Origin: an uncultured Clostridia bacterium
GTDB lineage: Bacteria > Bacillota > Clostridia > Christensenellales > UBA1242
DNA: 64,000 nt
Direction: 5' to 3'
Assembly (NCBI GenBank): GCA_947625515.1
Contig: CANQOO010000006.1
Location: forward strand, 1,139 to 65,138
The translations under genes and the position numbers were made by a program. The notes under the pieces are model-generated. The model searched no databases. It had not been told where the DNA came from and saw only the letters and a program-made list of their open reading frames with translations. Numbering within the stretch: position 1 is the stretch's first letter; each line of letters starts with the position of its first letter. This document shows, piece by piece, positions 1 to 8,466 of this stretch.

Positions 1-1728
1 TTTGTTGCTTGAAAAGTCCAGTTCAAAAGTGAGCTTGTCCTTTTCCAGAGACTTATATTTTTCCACAATCTCGTTCATTTTGGTCGGAAATCTCTTCACA
101 AATTCTGGGTGCGGGCGGACAGTGATGTGAACGTCTTCGTCTTTAAGAGCGTCAACAATTTGGTCAATGCAGGAATCCAAAATGTTATCTTCATTCCACG
201 ACGGGGCAATCAAAATTTCTTTTCGCTTATGCTTTTCTCCGCCTTTTTTCTTGAACGCATCAACAAGGTTGTCCAAAAGCGGGAAGCCAAATTTCACCAA
301 ATTTTTCTCGCCCAAGTTATACATTTTTTCGGTCGCCAGCATTTCTTTCTGCACATGCGGGCCGGAGCAGAAAATGGTGTCGAATGCGTTGAGTGCCCCT
401 TCGTTGAAGCCCATGTGGATGCTCATAGAGTCGTGCGGAACATATATGTATTCGATATCCTTTTTCATGAACGAACGTTTGAGATAATATTTGTCCAAAT
501 CCGGTGTGGTCATGATGAAAATGTCGCATTCCACAAGCATCATCAAAATGGCGGTCTTTTTGAGGCTGATGAAATATGGCTTGATGCGTGGCTCGGTCTC
601 TGCAATTTTGAAAATTGTGTCGTTGAAGTCGTTGGTGACATAGTGAATTGTGACATCCGAATTTTTAAGCAGCTCATCAATCAAATCTTTGTAATATTTA
701 TAAAATCCGCTCTTTTCAGAATAGAAAACAATGTGCTTGTTGACGATGTGCTTAAACTTTTTGTAGTCCGCTTTCTCGCGTGCTCGCATTTGTTTATAGA
801 GCGGGTTCTTTTTGTCCATTGCCCCAAACGCCTTGGCTTCTGCAAGAGCCTTGCGGCTTTGTTCAAGGGCTTCATAGTCCACATACTTTTTAGGATTGAT
901 GAGGAAGTTGAGAAGATACATCACCGCAATGGAAAGCAGGTTGCTGGCTGTCCAATAAAGTGCCGTGGCTGTCGGGACAAAGATGCCAAGAATCAAAGAC
1001 AGCCCAACGCTTAACGCCATGATGCCATATTTGTTTATCTTTCCTTGCTCGTGCTGAATGACGTTGGAGCGATTTTGGGTGTAGCACATAATCAGTGACG
1101 AAAGTGCGGCGATGATGGAAACAACGCTATACCATCCCCAAACATTTTGAGGGATGACCAGCAGGTTCAGCCCGCAAAACATTGTGTCCATGTTCATCAC
1201 ATTGCCAATCAGCCCCGCAAGGTCAGCGGACGAAATCCCCGGAACAATGGAAGAAGCCGTGATTGTGCCGTTTTTGATGGCCTCAATGATTTGAATCTGA
1301 AAGGCAGAATCTCCCGTGTCCGCACCAATCAGTCCTGCAAGGGCGTTGATTGTTTCGTCGGATGCCCCAAACAGATAGTTCAGCGGGCGATTGATGACAT
1401 ACACCACTCCCAAAAGCAGGACAATTTGAATGATAAGCGGAATAAGCGAGGCGAATGGGTGATATTTTTCCTTCTTAAAAAGTTTTGTCTGTTCTTCTGC
1501 AATGGCGTCAAAGTTGCCGTTCAGCCTTGCCTTAATGAAATTTATTTGAGGCTGAATTTTCACCATGTGAATGGAATTCTTTTGAATCCACACCGAAATT
1601 GGCATCAACACAATTTTTGTGATGAGCGTGAAAAAGATGATTGCAACGCCATAATTTTTAAGCAGCCAAAAACAACCTTTCATCAAATAGCCAAGCGGCA
1701 AACATATATAATAAAGCACAGAGTCCAT
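1..1728 (-). CDS. YidC/Oxa1-type membrane insertase N-terminal domain fused to a CDP-glycerol glycerophosphotransferase (TagB/TagF)-like C-terminal domain; the 3' end runs off the window
   Basis: Missing from the ORF track because it has no stop inside the window. The reverse frame starting at the ATG (complement of 1726-1728) stays open to base 1 (576 codons). My translation begins MDSVLYYICLPLGYLMKGCFWLLKNYGVAIIFFTLITKIVLMPISVWIQKNSIHMVKIQPQINFIK...KLFKKEKYHPFASLIPLIIQIVLLLGVVYVI, a YidC/Oxa1 core pattern. It continues ...IYVPHDSMSIHMGF...FCSGPHVQKEM...EILIAPSWNEDNIL...VRPHPEF, which is TagF-family-like. The + ORFs 109..1014 and 1147..1758 are antisense shadows of it. Confidence 0.6.
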   Translation of the reverse strand, partial: MDSVLYYICLPLGYLMKGCFWLLKNYGVAIIFFTLITKIVLMPISVWIQKNSIHMVKIQPQINFIKARLNGNFDAIAEEQTKLFKKEKYHPFASLIPLIIQIVLLLGVVYVINRPLNYLFGASDETINALAGLIGADTGDSAFQIQIIEAIKNGTITASSIVPGISSADLAGLIGNVMNMDTMFCGLNLLVIPQNVWGWYSVVSIIAALSSLIMCYTQNRSNVIQHEQGKINKYGIMALSVGLSLILGIFVPTATALYWTASNLLSIAVMYLLNFLINPKKYVDYEALEQSRKALAEAKAFGAMDKKNPLYKQMRAREKADYKKFKHIVNKHIVFYSEKSGFYKYYKDLIDELLKNSDVTIHYVTNDFNDTIFKIAETEPRIKPYFISLKKTAILMMLVECDIFIMTTPDLDKYYLKRSFMKKDIEYIYVPHDSMSIHMGFNEGALNAFDTIFCSGPHVQKEMLATEKMYNLGEKNLVKFGFPLLDNLVDAFKKKGGEKHKRKEILIAPSWNEDNILDSCIDQIVDALKDEDVHITVRPHPEFVKRFPTKMNEIVEKYKSLEKDKLTFELDFSSNK

Positions 1729-1826
1729 TTTCTTCTCCCAAAAACTTCAAAAGTTTAAGTTTTTTGTTCCTATTCCACAAGTTTTTTAGACAATAATTGT
1801 TTTGTTTTTGTTAGTCATTAAGCTTT

Positions 1827-3800
1827 CTAGTCCATAAGTGTTTTGTTGAGATGCTGTTCGTCAATAATCTGCCAGTTTGAAAAATCCATTGCGTCGCCAA
1901 CAATTTTATATGTATAGGCTTCATATCTTCCAATAAACGAATGGCTGACAAGCGTTCTTTCAATCTGTGCGTCCTCTGCAATTTCAAACACCGATTGTCC
2001 AAAATCCTCTTCGGTCTCAATGCCAGCGGATTTGAAAGTTGTCGCCCACAAATTGCCATGATGAGTCGGTGCCTTGGAGGCTTTAAGCGGCTTATCGTCG
2101 CTGTGGGATGGCTTGACAAACAATGCTGTGCAAGATGGCTTGGAAAGCTTTCCAAGATTTGCATTTGTGCCATGGTCACCTGTGATGATGATTGTGGCGT
2201 CGTCATAAAGACCATTTGCTTTGAGATATTTAATATATTTGTTGACAACTTTAAAATCGTGAATCATCAGCGGAGCACCCTTTTGTGGAGTGTATGCCGC
2301 GTGGCAGCCGTCCGTATGGATGAAATAAAAACCTTTTTCTCCGCCTTTGCCAAGTTCTTTTTCTGGGAAGGAATTTGTGTTGTATTTCACATTGCCGTCA
2401 GCATCCTTTTCTTCAACATAGCTGTTGGATGTCTGAGAATCTGAGTTGATGCATTGTTTGAGGCAATATGGCAATGTGCGATAAAGTGCAATTTGTGTCA
2501 GGTCAAAAGTCAAGCCCGTTTTGTTGGTGATGCCGTAGGATGTCGTTTTGCCACGATTGGCAATATATTCCGGCAAAGTGTCTGCTTCGGAGTAGCCAAA
2601 GTATGCTTGGGTGTAGAGGTTGACATCATAGCCGCTTTCGTTAAGCGTTTCAAGTGGAGTGGCGTTGGCAAAAGCATCTTCAAGATAGGACGTCCTACTT
2701 TTTGTCGGGTCATGGGCGACATTTGTCAGCATCCTTGCCACGGACGGATAAGTGTGCGTGTAATATGCCACATGATTTTGGAACCATGTGAACCCAGTCA
2801 GCTCATCAAAAATATGAGGGTCCTGTTTCAAACCCTCTTCGGCAAAAGATTCGTCGAACTTGTCAAGAATAAACCAGAAAATATTTGATTCGGTGGAAAT
2901 TTTGTTGATGTTTTTGTCGCTCAAAACATATCTTTCGCCGTCCTCGATGCTTTGGTCATAGGATGCAAACGCGTCTGGATGCGAAATTGCGGATGCGGTT
3001 GGCGAAATCAGTTGGGTCGCAACAATTATGCCCGAAATCACAAGGGCTGAATAGGAAAGAATTTTCTTTTTGTCACGCAAGCATGCAAGCACAACTGCCA
3101 AAACAAGCACGACGCCCCACAGAAGTCCATTCAGGACTTCTGTGGTCAGAGAAATCCCCCCCCCGTCGTCCAGGAAGTCCCCTTGCAAGGAGGACAGACC
3201 GCTGTTGAGATAGTTACTTTGAATGAAGAACAAAAAAGCAAACGCAATCAATAATGCACTGACAATGCGATATGGCAGTCTTGGCAGGAAGAAAAGTATG
3301 CCAAAGATGCCAAACCAGAAAAGAAAGAAAAAGCCAATGCAGACAGGATAAAAATCTGCAAGAGTGAAAACAAATTCGGCAGAGTTGTTCGCAAAAATTT
3401 CAAAAGGAACGCTCAAAAACAGCAAAAGTGGGCAGAGGGCAGAAATAAGCAGTGTGACAGAAATGCGTTTAAGCAAGTCTTTTTTCGTCCAATGAATTTT
3501 TTCTTTTTTCGTTTTTTCAGCCTTAACTCGCTTTTTCTTTTCAGCGTTCACATCTTGCACGTTGTTGGAAATTACAATTTCTGCTTTTTCAGTGCTGTCA
3601 TTTTGGGCATTTTCCAAGGTTGGATTTAAACTTGTTTCGACAGAGGTGCCTTTCACAATATTTGAGGTTGTGTTTTCAGAAGCGACATCCTGCACACTTT
3701 CCAATGCTGGAATTGTTGAAGCTTTTGGCTCTTCTTTTCGAATTAAATTTTCTTTTTTCTCTACACTCTCTTTTTGGTCATTATCTTCTTGTGTTTCCAT
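1827..3800 (-). CDS. LTA-synthase/sulfatase-family membrane enzyme (phosphoglycerol or phosphoethanolamine transferase-like) with a K/E-rich N-terminal extension
   Basis: 657-aa ORF. About 110 aa of charged low-complexity sequence are followed by several hydrophobic helices (LLISALCPLLLFLSVPF, VCIGFFFLFWFGIFGILFFL, LLIAFAFLFFI, LLWGVVLVLAVVLA) and an extracytoplasmic alkaline-phosphatase-fold region. That region carries IFWFILDKFDESF (metal Asp), YYTHTYPS (nucleophile Thr/Ser position) and IIITGDHGT (DH pair), as in LtaS-type enzymes. Confidence 0.65.
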   Translation of the reverse strand: METQEDNDQKESVEKKENLIRKEEPKASTIPALESVQDVASENTTSNIVKGTSVETSLNPTLENAQNDSTEKAEIVISNNVQDVNAEKKKRVKAEKTKKEKIHWTKKDLLKRISVTLLISALCPLLLFLSVPFEIFANNSAEFVFTLADFYPVCIGFFFLFWFGIFGILFFLPRLPYRIVSALLIAFAFLFFIQSNYLNSGLSSLQGDFLDDGGGISLTTEVLNGLLWGVVLVLAVVLACLRDKKKILSYSALVISGIIVATQLISPTASAISHPDAFASYDQSIEDGERYVLSDKNINKISTESNIFWFILDKFDESFAEEGLKQDPHIFDELTGFTWFQNHVAYYTHTYPSVARMLTNVAHDPTKSRTSYLEDAFANATPLETLNESGYDVNLYTQAYFGYSEADTLPEYIANRGKTTSYGITNKTGLTFDLTQIALYRTLPYCLKQCINSDSQTSNSYVEEKDADGNVKYNTNSFPEKELGKGGEKGFYFIHTDGCHAAYTPQKGAPLMIHDFKVVNKYIKYLKANGLYDDATIIITGDHGTNANLGKLSKPSCTALFVKPSHSDDKPLKASKAPTHHGNLWATTFKSAGIETEEDFGQSVFEIAEDAQIERTLVSHSFIGRYEAYTYKIVGDAMDFSNWQIIDEQHLNKTLMD

Positions 3801-3926
3801 GAAGATAATTATATTATCCTCCCTTCATTTTGTCAAGCGAACTTTCGACAAAATCCGCTGAAAAGGCAAAAATAGAAGAATAATCAACCTCCATTTTGGA
3901 AAAACTATTCAAATGGAGGAATTTTT

Positions 3927-5192
3927 ATGAAATTTAATCCGTTTTTGGAAAAACCAAAGAAGCTTGAAAGCATCATCATGAGTTGGAAAGACCTTGCCCC
4001 GCAGCCATACAAAAAATTTGAAAGCAGTCCTTACACACGCGTGCGATGCATTTTGATGAACGGCACTGAGTATGAGGCGGTGTGGTTTTCGCATCAATTC
4101 CACAGGCACAGTGCGGACAACGACCTAAGACGCACGCTGGCAATGGTGCGAAGAAGCGAGCAGCAGCAACAAAAGGTGATTGCCGCTCTTAAACCGGTGG
4201 ACGAAAACTTGCTGGAAACCACAATCGGCTATGAGCAACTCGCTGTGGACCTTACGGCTTTCTTGGCACAGCACGTCAAGGACAAACATGTGAAGGACGC
4301 CCTTGACTTTGCACTTTTGGAAGATTTTGACCACCTATATCGCTATTCCAATCTTCTGGAAACGGATATGGGTGCCAAGGCGGAGGATTATGTGGGCGAC
4401 TACACCGAAATCACGCCGGGCAGACCGACAATTTCGCATCATCGTCATCCATATGACTCCGTTCGCAAGCCAATTGACAACAAAAAGGCAGACCCGTTTA
4501 CAAAGTGTGCGGTGTCAATCATCACGGCAGCCGAGCAGCAGACGATGAACTATTATATGAACCTTGGCTCTTTCTACAAAAATCAAAAAGGGCGAGAGCT
4601 TTACACCGAAATTGGGATGGTGGAGGAGCAACATGTTTCGCAATATGGCAGTTTGATTGACCCCAACCCAAGTTGGTTTGAAATGTGCCTGATGCACGAA
4701 TATATTGAGTGCTATCTCTATTATTCCATGCTGTCCGACGAGAGCGACCCGAACGTCAAAAAGATTTGGGAGAGATTTTTGGAGCAGGAAATTGCACACT
4801 TGCACGCGGCGACTGAGAATTTGAAAAAATACGAGAAAAAAGATTGGCAAGAAGTCATCCCTGTCGGCGAATTTCCAGAACTTATTGCATTCAAATCCAA
4901 CACGGAATATATCCGAAAAATTCTGAAAGGCACTGTGGAAAACACCGCCTATCGCGAAGGCTATTGCGACGTCAACGATTTGCCGGACGATGCAAACTTT
5001 TTCAAATATCAAAACAAAGTCAACACGCGTCCAGATGACGAGGCGGGGCACGCCACAATCACCGAGCATATTGCTCAGTTTGGGCAGGACTATCGCTTCG
5101 AGACCAAGCCAAACCCTGTCAAAGATTTGCAGGACCGCAAGCAAGACAACAACACTCTTGGCCGCGTGAAAACTTCCGGTGGTGTAAAATGA
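3927..5192 (+). CDS. Ferritin-like (di-iron four-helix-bundle type) protein of unknown function
   Basis: 421-aa ORF with a GGAGG RBS 7 nt upstream. Repeated E..H-type motifs (EQQTMNYY, VEEQHVSQYG, LEQEIAHLH) are typical of rubrerythrin/ferritin-like superfamily proteins. No signal peptide. Confidence 0.55.
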   Translation: MKFNPFLEKPKKLESIIMSWKDLAPQPYKKFESSPYTRVRCILMNGTEYEAVWFSHQFHRHSADNDLRRTLAMVRRSEQQQQKVIAALKPVDENLLETTIGYEQLAVDLTAFLAQHVKDKHVKDALDFALLEDFDHLYRYSNLLETDMGAKAEDYVGDYTEITPGRPTISHHRHPYDSVRKPIDNKKADPFTKCAVSIITAAEQQTMNYYMNLGSFYKNQKGRELYTEIGMVEEQHVSQYGSLIDPNPSWFEMCLMHEYIECYLYYSMLSDESDPNVKKIWERFLEQEIAHLHAATENLKKYEKKDWQEVIPVGEFPELIAFKSNTEYIRKILKGTVENTAYREGYCDVNDLPDDANFFKYQNKVNTRPDDEAGHATITEHIAQFGQDYRFETKPNPVKDLQDRKQDNNTLGRVKTSGGVK

Positions 5193-5331
5193 TTCTGTTG
5201 CATATATTTTAATAGAGAAAAATATCAAAAAAAAGTATAAATTTTTGATAAAAAGTATTGATTTTTTCTCATTAATATGTTAAAATTTTTTCGTAACCAA
5301 GAAATTTTGAAAAATTACAGCAATGTTTGGT

Positions 5332-5337
5332 TATAAT
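5332..5337 (+). promoter_or_regulatory. -10 box (TATAAT) placed at the first unit of the antitoxin repeat array
   Basis: A perfect TATAAT at 5332-5337 is preceded by TTGAAA at 5307-5312 (a long, about 19-nt spacer). It overlaps the ATAAT that begins each repeat unit. Confidence 0.4.
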
Positions 5338-5455
5338 CAGCGGTGTTTCGCAGCCGGAAATGCGAATAATGATTTTCGGTGTTTCGCCACCGCAAAGTGC
5401 GAGCGATAATCAGTGGTGTTTCGCCACCAAAAGGGCGAGCGATAATTGAGAAAAG
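5333..5455 (+). ncRNA. Type III antitoxin-like RNA repeat array (ToxI/antiQ analogue), about 3.4 tandem units of 36-37 nt
   Basis: Units run ATAATCAGCGGTGTTTCGCAGCCGGAAATGCGA / ATAATGATTTTCGGTGTTTCGCCACCGCAAAGTGCGAGCG / ATAATCAGTGGTGTTTCGCCACCAAAAGGGCGAGCG / ATAATTGAGAAAAGGCGAGCG(partial). GGTGTTTCG cores start at 5342, 5378 and 5415 (spacing 36 and 37 nt). The array lies directly upstream of a ToxN/AbiQ-family ORF with a terminator in between. Confidence 0.65.
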
Positions 5456-5482
5456 GCGAGCGAATGCTTGCTTTTTCTTTTT
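5456..5482 (+). terminator. Intrinsic terminator between the RNA repeats and the toxin gene
   Basis: GCGAGC (5456-5461), GAAT loop and GCTTGC (5466-5471) form a 6-bp stem with one G-U pair, followed by TTTTTCTTTTT. A partial terminator at this position is a hallmark of type III TA loci. Confidence 0.5.
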
Positions 5483-5502
5483 GCTTGTGATAATATTTTG
5501 CT

Positions 5503-5997
5503 ATGGAAAGCGAAAAATTAAAATTTTATAGTGTAGATGTGGAATATGCGGGGTATTTGAGGCAGTTTGACTCAAAAGTTCCTTACATAGAATATCCTGA
5601 ACATAACAAATTTTTTGTTGGTGTGGTTTTTGAAATTAAAAATCAAAAATATTTTGCTCCGGTTTCTTCCTATAGAAAAAAAGACAGGGGAGTGTTTAAT
5701 ATTTATGACGGAGGCAACATCATCTCTTCTATAAGATTTAATTTCATGTTTCCTGTCGTTGATGGTGTGTATTCATTGATTGATATAAAAAACGATTTTT
5801 CAGGAAGCTATAGGGATCTTGTTCAAAAGGAATACTTTTATTGCAATCAGCATCGAGAAGAGATTCGCCAAATTGCTACAAAAACATATTCCAAAAGATT
5901 GAAAGCAGAAACCAATCCAAAACAAAAGACTTTTTATGATACAATTATGGTGAATTTCAAATTGTTGGAAAAACTAGCAAAGAAATATAGAAAATAA
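5503..5997 (+). CDS. toxN: ToxN/AbiQ-family type III toxin (endoribonuclease)
   Basis: The 164-aa ORF aligns by eye block by block with ToxN as I recall it. KFYSVDVEYAGYLRQFDSKVP matches KFYTISSKYIEYLKEFDDKVP. KFFVGVVFEIKNQKYFAPVSS matches KAFIGIVLEIQGHKYLAPLTS. IRFNFMFPVVDGVYSLIDI matches INLKFMIPIIEAEVSLLDL. The C-terminal VNFKLLEKLAKKY matches CNFSLLEEKYRDF. Confidence 0.85.
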   Translation: MESEKLKFYSVDVEYAGYLRQFDSKVPYIEYPEHNKFFVGVVFEIKNQKYFAPVSSYRKKDRGVFNIYDGGNIISSIRFNFMFPVVDGVYSLIDIKNDFSGSYRDLVQKEYFYCNQHREEIRQIATKTYSKRLKAETNPKQKTFYDTIMVNFKLLEKLAKKYRK

Positions 5998-5999
5998 AA

Positions 6000-6020
6000 A
6001 CGGCGTTTTTGCCGTTTTTT
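6000..6020 (+). terminator. Intrinsic terminator after toxN
   Basis: ACGGC-GTTTTT-GCCGT hairpin followed by TTTTTT, starting immediately after the stop codon. Confidence 0.6.
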
Positions 6021-6055
6021 GTGTATTTTTTTTGATTTTTATTTCTTTGCAATCG

Positions 6056-6230
6056 CAATTATAAATTGTAATATTTCAAATTGATAATTTTGTAAAATTC
6101 AATTATTTTTTTATTTTGTATAATTCAATTATAATTTTTTCAAATTGATAAATTCTGTATAATTCAATTATAATTTTTCGAATTAATAATTTTGTAAAAT
6201 TCAATTATAATATTTTTCAAACTTATAATC
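6056..6230. repeat. AT-rich tandem repeat array (about 37-39 bp period, one shortened unit)
   Basis: TGTAWAATTCAATTA cores start at 6091, 6117, 6156 and 6193. Full units resemble TGTATAATTCAATTATAATTTTTTCAAATTGATAAATTC. Full units (6117, 6156, 6193) contain the perfect palindrome AATTATAATT; the shortened 6091 unit lacks it. The array sits in a convergent intergenic gap with no ORF. Confidence 0.7.
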
Positions 6231-6244
6231 ATGCAACAGTGAAA

Positions 6245-8296
6245 TTACAATTTCTCAGCGACGTCCCATGCACGCCAGATGACAGTGCGGAGGCTGCCAA
6301 CCGAAAGTGCGTCGCCAACAATGTGAACATGTTTGCTTGCCTTGAATGCTGGTGCGGGAACATATCCCACCGCCGAGATGACACTGTCGCAGGCAAGTTT
6401 TGTTTCCTTGCCATTTTCGTCAACAATAATCACGCCGTCGGAGTCAATCTGTTTACATTTTGAAAGCAGGTGAACAGGAATTTTGTTGGACTTCATGAAG
6501 TCGCGAAGGAAGGAAGAGTTTGCCAGACTTAATTTGTTTGTCACCATAAGGTCCTGCATGCTTTCCACAATTTCTGGCTTTTTGCCGTCGTTGAAAAGTT
6601 GCATTGCAATTTCGCAGCCGGTTGAGCCGCCGCCGATAATCACCACCTTTTCGCCAACTTTGGCACCATTTAAAAAGTCCACTGCCTCAATTGCCTTGTC
6701 AAAGCCTGGGATGTTCAGTTTGCGTGGTTTGGCACCAGTTGCCACAACAACTTCGTCAGCGTCAAGTGCAGCAATGTCGGTGACCTGCGTGCCGAATTTC
6801 ACTTCAATCCCCATGTCGGCAATTTGTTTGCGATACCACTCCAAAAGTTTTTTGTCAGCTTCTTTAAAATCAGGTGCGGCGGCAGGAATAAATACGCCAC
6901 CAAGTTTGTTTGTCTTTTCATATATTGTGCATTTATGCCCACGCATGGTGGCAACGCGAGCAACTTCCATTCCGCCAATGCCGCCGCCAATAATGGCAAT
7001 GCGTTTTTGCTTTTTCGCCGGTTTAAGGTCGTGCTTGCCTCCGTCCATAGTCTGCGGGTTGAGGGCACAGCGGCTCATGTGGATGCTGTCCGCCATCGAG
7101 CAACCGTTGGCAATGCCGTGATAGTGGCTCATGCACAGGCAGGCGTTGTGGCAGCGAATGCACGGCATGATGTCGTCCGTTTTGCCTTCCATCATTTTTG
7201 TCACCCAATGCGGGTCGGTCAAAAATTGTCTTGCCACGCCCATCGCATCAATTTTTTCTGCTTTAATCGATTTTGCCGCTGCCTCTGGCTCCATTTTTCC
7301 CGCACAAACAACAGGAATATCCACAAATTTTCTGATGTGTTCAACATCGCTCAGGTTGCAGTTGTTTGGCATATATTGTGGCGGATGAGCCCAATACCAA
7401 GCGTCATATGTGCCGTTGTCGCAGTCCAGCATGTCATAGCCGGCGTCTTGCAAATATTTTGCCGCTTTTTCGCTTTCCTTCATGTTTCTGCCAACTTCAA
7501 CAAACTTTTCGTCCGGCATTGCACCTTCGCAGAAACCTTTTGTCTTGCTGACAACGGAATATCTTAACGAAACAGGATAATCTTCCCCACATTCCGCTTT
7601 GATGGCTTTCACAACCGCTGTGGCGAAACGGAAACGATTTTCAAAACTTCCGCCATATTCGTCCGTGCGGTGATTGGTGTATTCGGTGGTGAATTGGTCC
7701 AAAAGATATCCCTCATGCACAGCGTGAATTTCCACACCGTCAACGCCAGAATCCTTGCATTTTTTTGCCGTCTTTGCAAAAGCGGAAATCATCTTTTCAA
7801 TTTCGCGTTTTGTGACTGCTCGGCAGGTGACGCCTTCCGCCCAACGGGACGGCAGTTCGCTTGGGGAGGCACAAAGATAGGAAATGTCAAAAATTGGCTT
7901 CACAAGCTTGCCTAAAAATTTGTTTTTCAGCATCGGGACCATGTTGTTTGGAATGGAAAACGAGCGGCCAAACCCGGCGGTGAGTTGAACAAAAAGTTTT
8001 GCTCCCGTCTTGTGCAGTTCGTCCATATATGGCTTCAATTTTTTGAACGCACCGTTTGCCTTATAAAGCCACTGCCCGCCCATAAGATTTTTCAGCGGAG
8101 CAATGCCCGTGATGAGAAGCCCAGCGTTGTTTTTTGCGATGTCCATAAAAAAGTCAGCGGCGTCCTTGTCAAAATGATGTGGCTCCATCCAGCCGAAAAG
8201 CGATGTGCCACCCATCGGGCACAGCACAATTCGATTTTTAATTTCCAAGTTCCCAATTTTCCAAGGTGTGAAAAGCGGTTCAAGTGTTTTTTCCAT
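6245..8296 (-). CDS. Old-Yellow-Enzyme-type FMN oxidoreductase fused to an FAD/NAD(P)-binding domain (2-enoate reductase / 2,4-dienoyl-CoA reductase family)
   Basis: 683 aa. The N-terminus WKIGNLEIKNRIVLCPMGG...GVDGVEIHAVHEGYLLDQF is an OYE TIM-barrel signature. A Cys cluster CIRCHNACLCM...C is the Fe-S motif of this family. Two Rossmann motifs are present (IAIIGGGIGGME, VVIIGGGSTGCE). Confidence 0.85.
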   Translation of the reverse strand: MEKTLEPLFTPWKIGNLEIKNRIVLCPMGGTSLFGWMEPHHFDKDAADFFMDIAKNNAGLLITGIAPLKNLMGGQWLYKANGAFKKLKPYMDELHKTGAKLFVQLTAGFGRSFSIPNNMVPMLKNKFLGKLVKPIFDISYLCASPSELPSRWAEGVTCRAVTKREIEKMISAFAKTAKKCKDSGVDGVEIHAVHEGYLLDQFTTEYTNHRTDEYGGSFENRFRFATAVVKAIKAECGEDYPVSLRYSVVSKTKGFCEGAMPDEKFVEVGRNMKESEKAAKYLQDAGYDMLDCDNGTYDAWYWAHPPQYMPNNCNLSDVEHIRKFVDIPVVCAGKMEPEAAAKSIKAEKIDAMGVARQFLTDPHWVTKMMEGKTDDIMPCIRCHNACLCMSHYHGIANGCSMADSIHMSRCALNPQTMDGGKHDLKPAKKQKRIAIIGGGIGGMEVARVATMRGHKCTIYEKTNKLGGVFIPAAAPDFKEADKKLLEWYRKQIADMGIEVKFGTQVTDIAALDADEVVVATGAKPRKLNIPGFDKAIEAVDFLNGAKVGEKVVIIGGGSTGCEIAMQLFNDGKKPEIVESMQDLMVTNKLSLANSSFLRDFMKSNKIPVHLLSKCKQIDSDGVIIVDENGKETKLACDSVISAVGYVPAPAFKASKHVHIVGDALSVGSLRTVIWRAWDVAEKL

Positions 8297-8466
8297 ATTT
8301 CCTCCATTTCTTTTTAAATCTTTTGCAAAGTCTTTCCTTAATCTAAGTCATTTTTAAATTGTCCAAGTTTAAAGTCTTTCTCTTTGCTCTCAGCTGTTTT
8401 CATTTTAAAATTTCATAGCACATTATGTCAAATAAATTATGAGAATAATTAAAAATTGCATTTTGT

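Noticed and set aside
109-1758. Two long + strand ORFs (109..1014, 301 aa; 1147..1758, 203 aa)
   Set aside because: Their products are compositionally odd (rich in V/F/H/N/R/C, with no motifs), and one starts at a GTG. They lie exactly antisense to a continuous reverse-strand frame with clear YidC and TagF-like motifs, which the track omits because it is edge-truncated. They are shadow ORFs.
4515-5228. 237-aa reverse-strand ORF inside the ferritin-like gene
   Set aside because: It is antisense to a gene with a good RBS and recognisable motifs, and its product has no RBS and junk-like composition.
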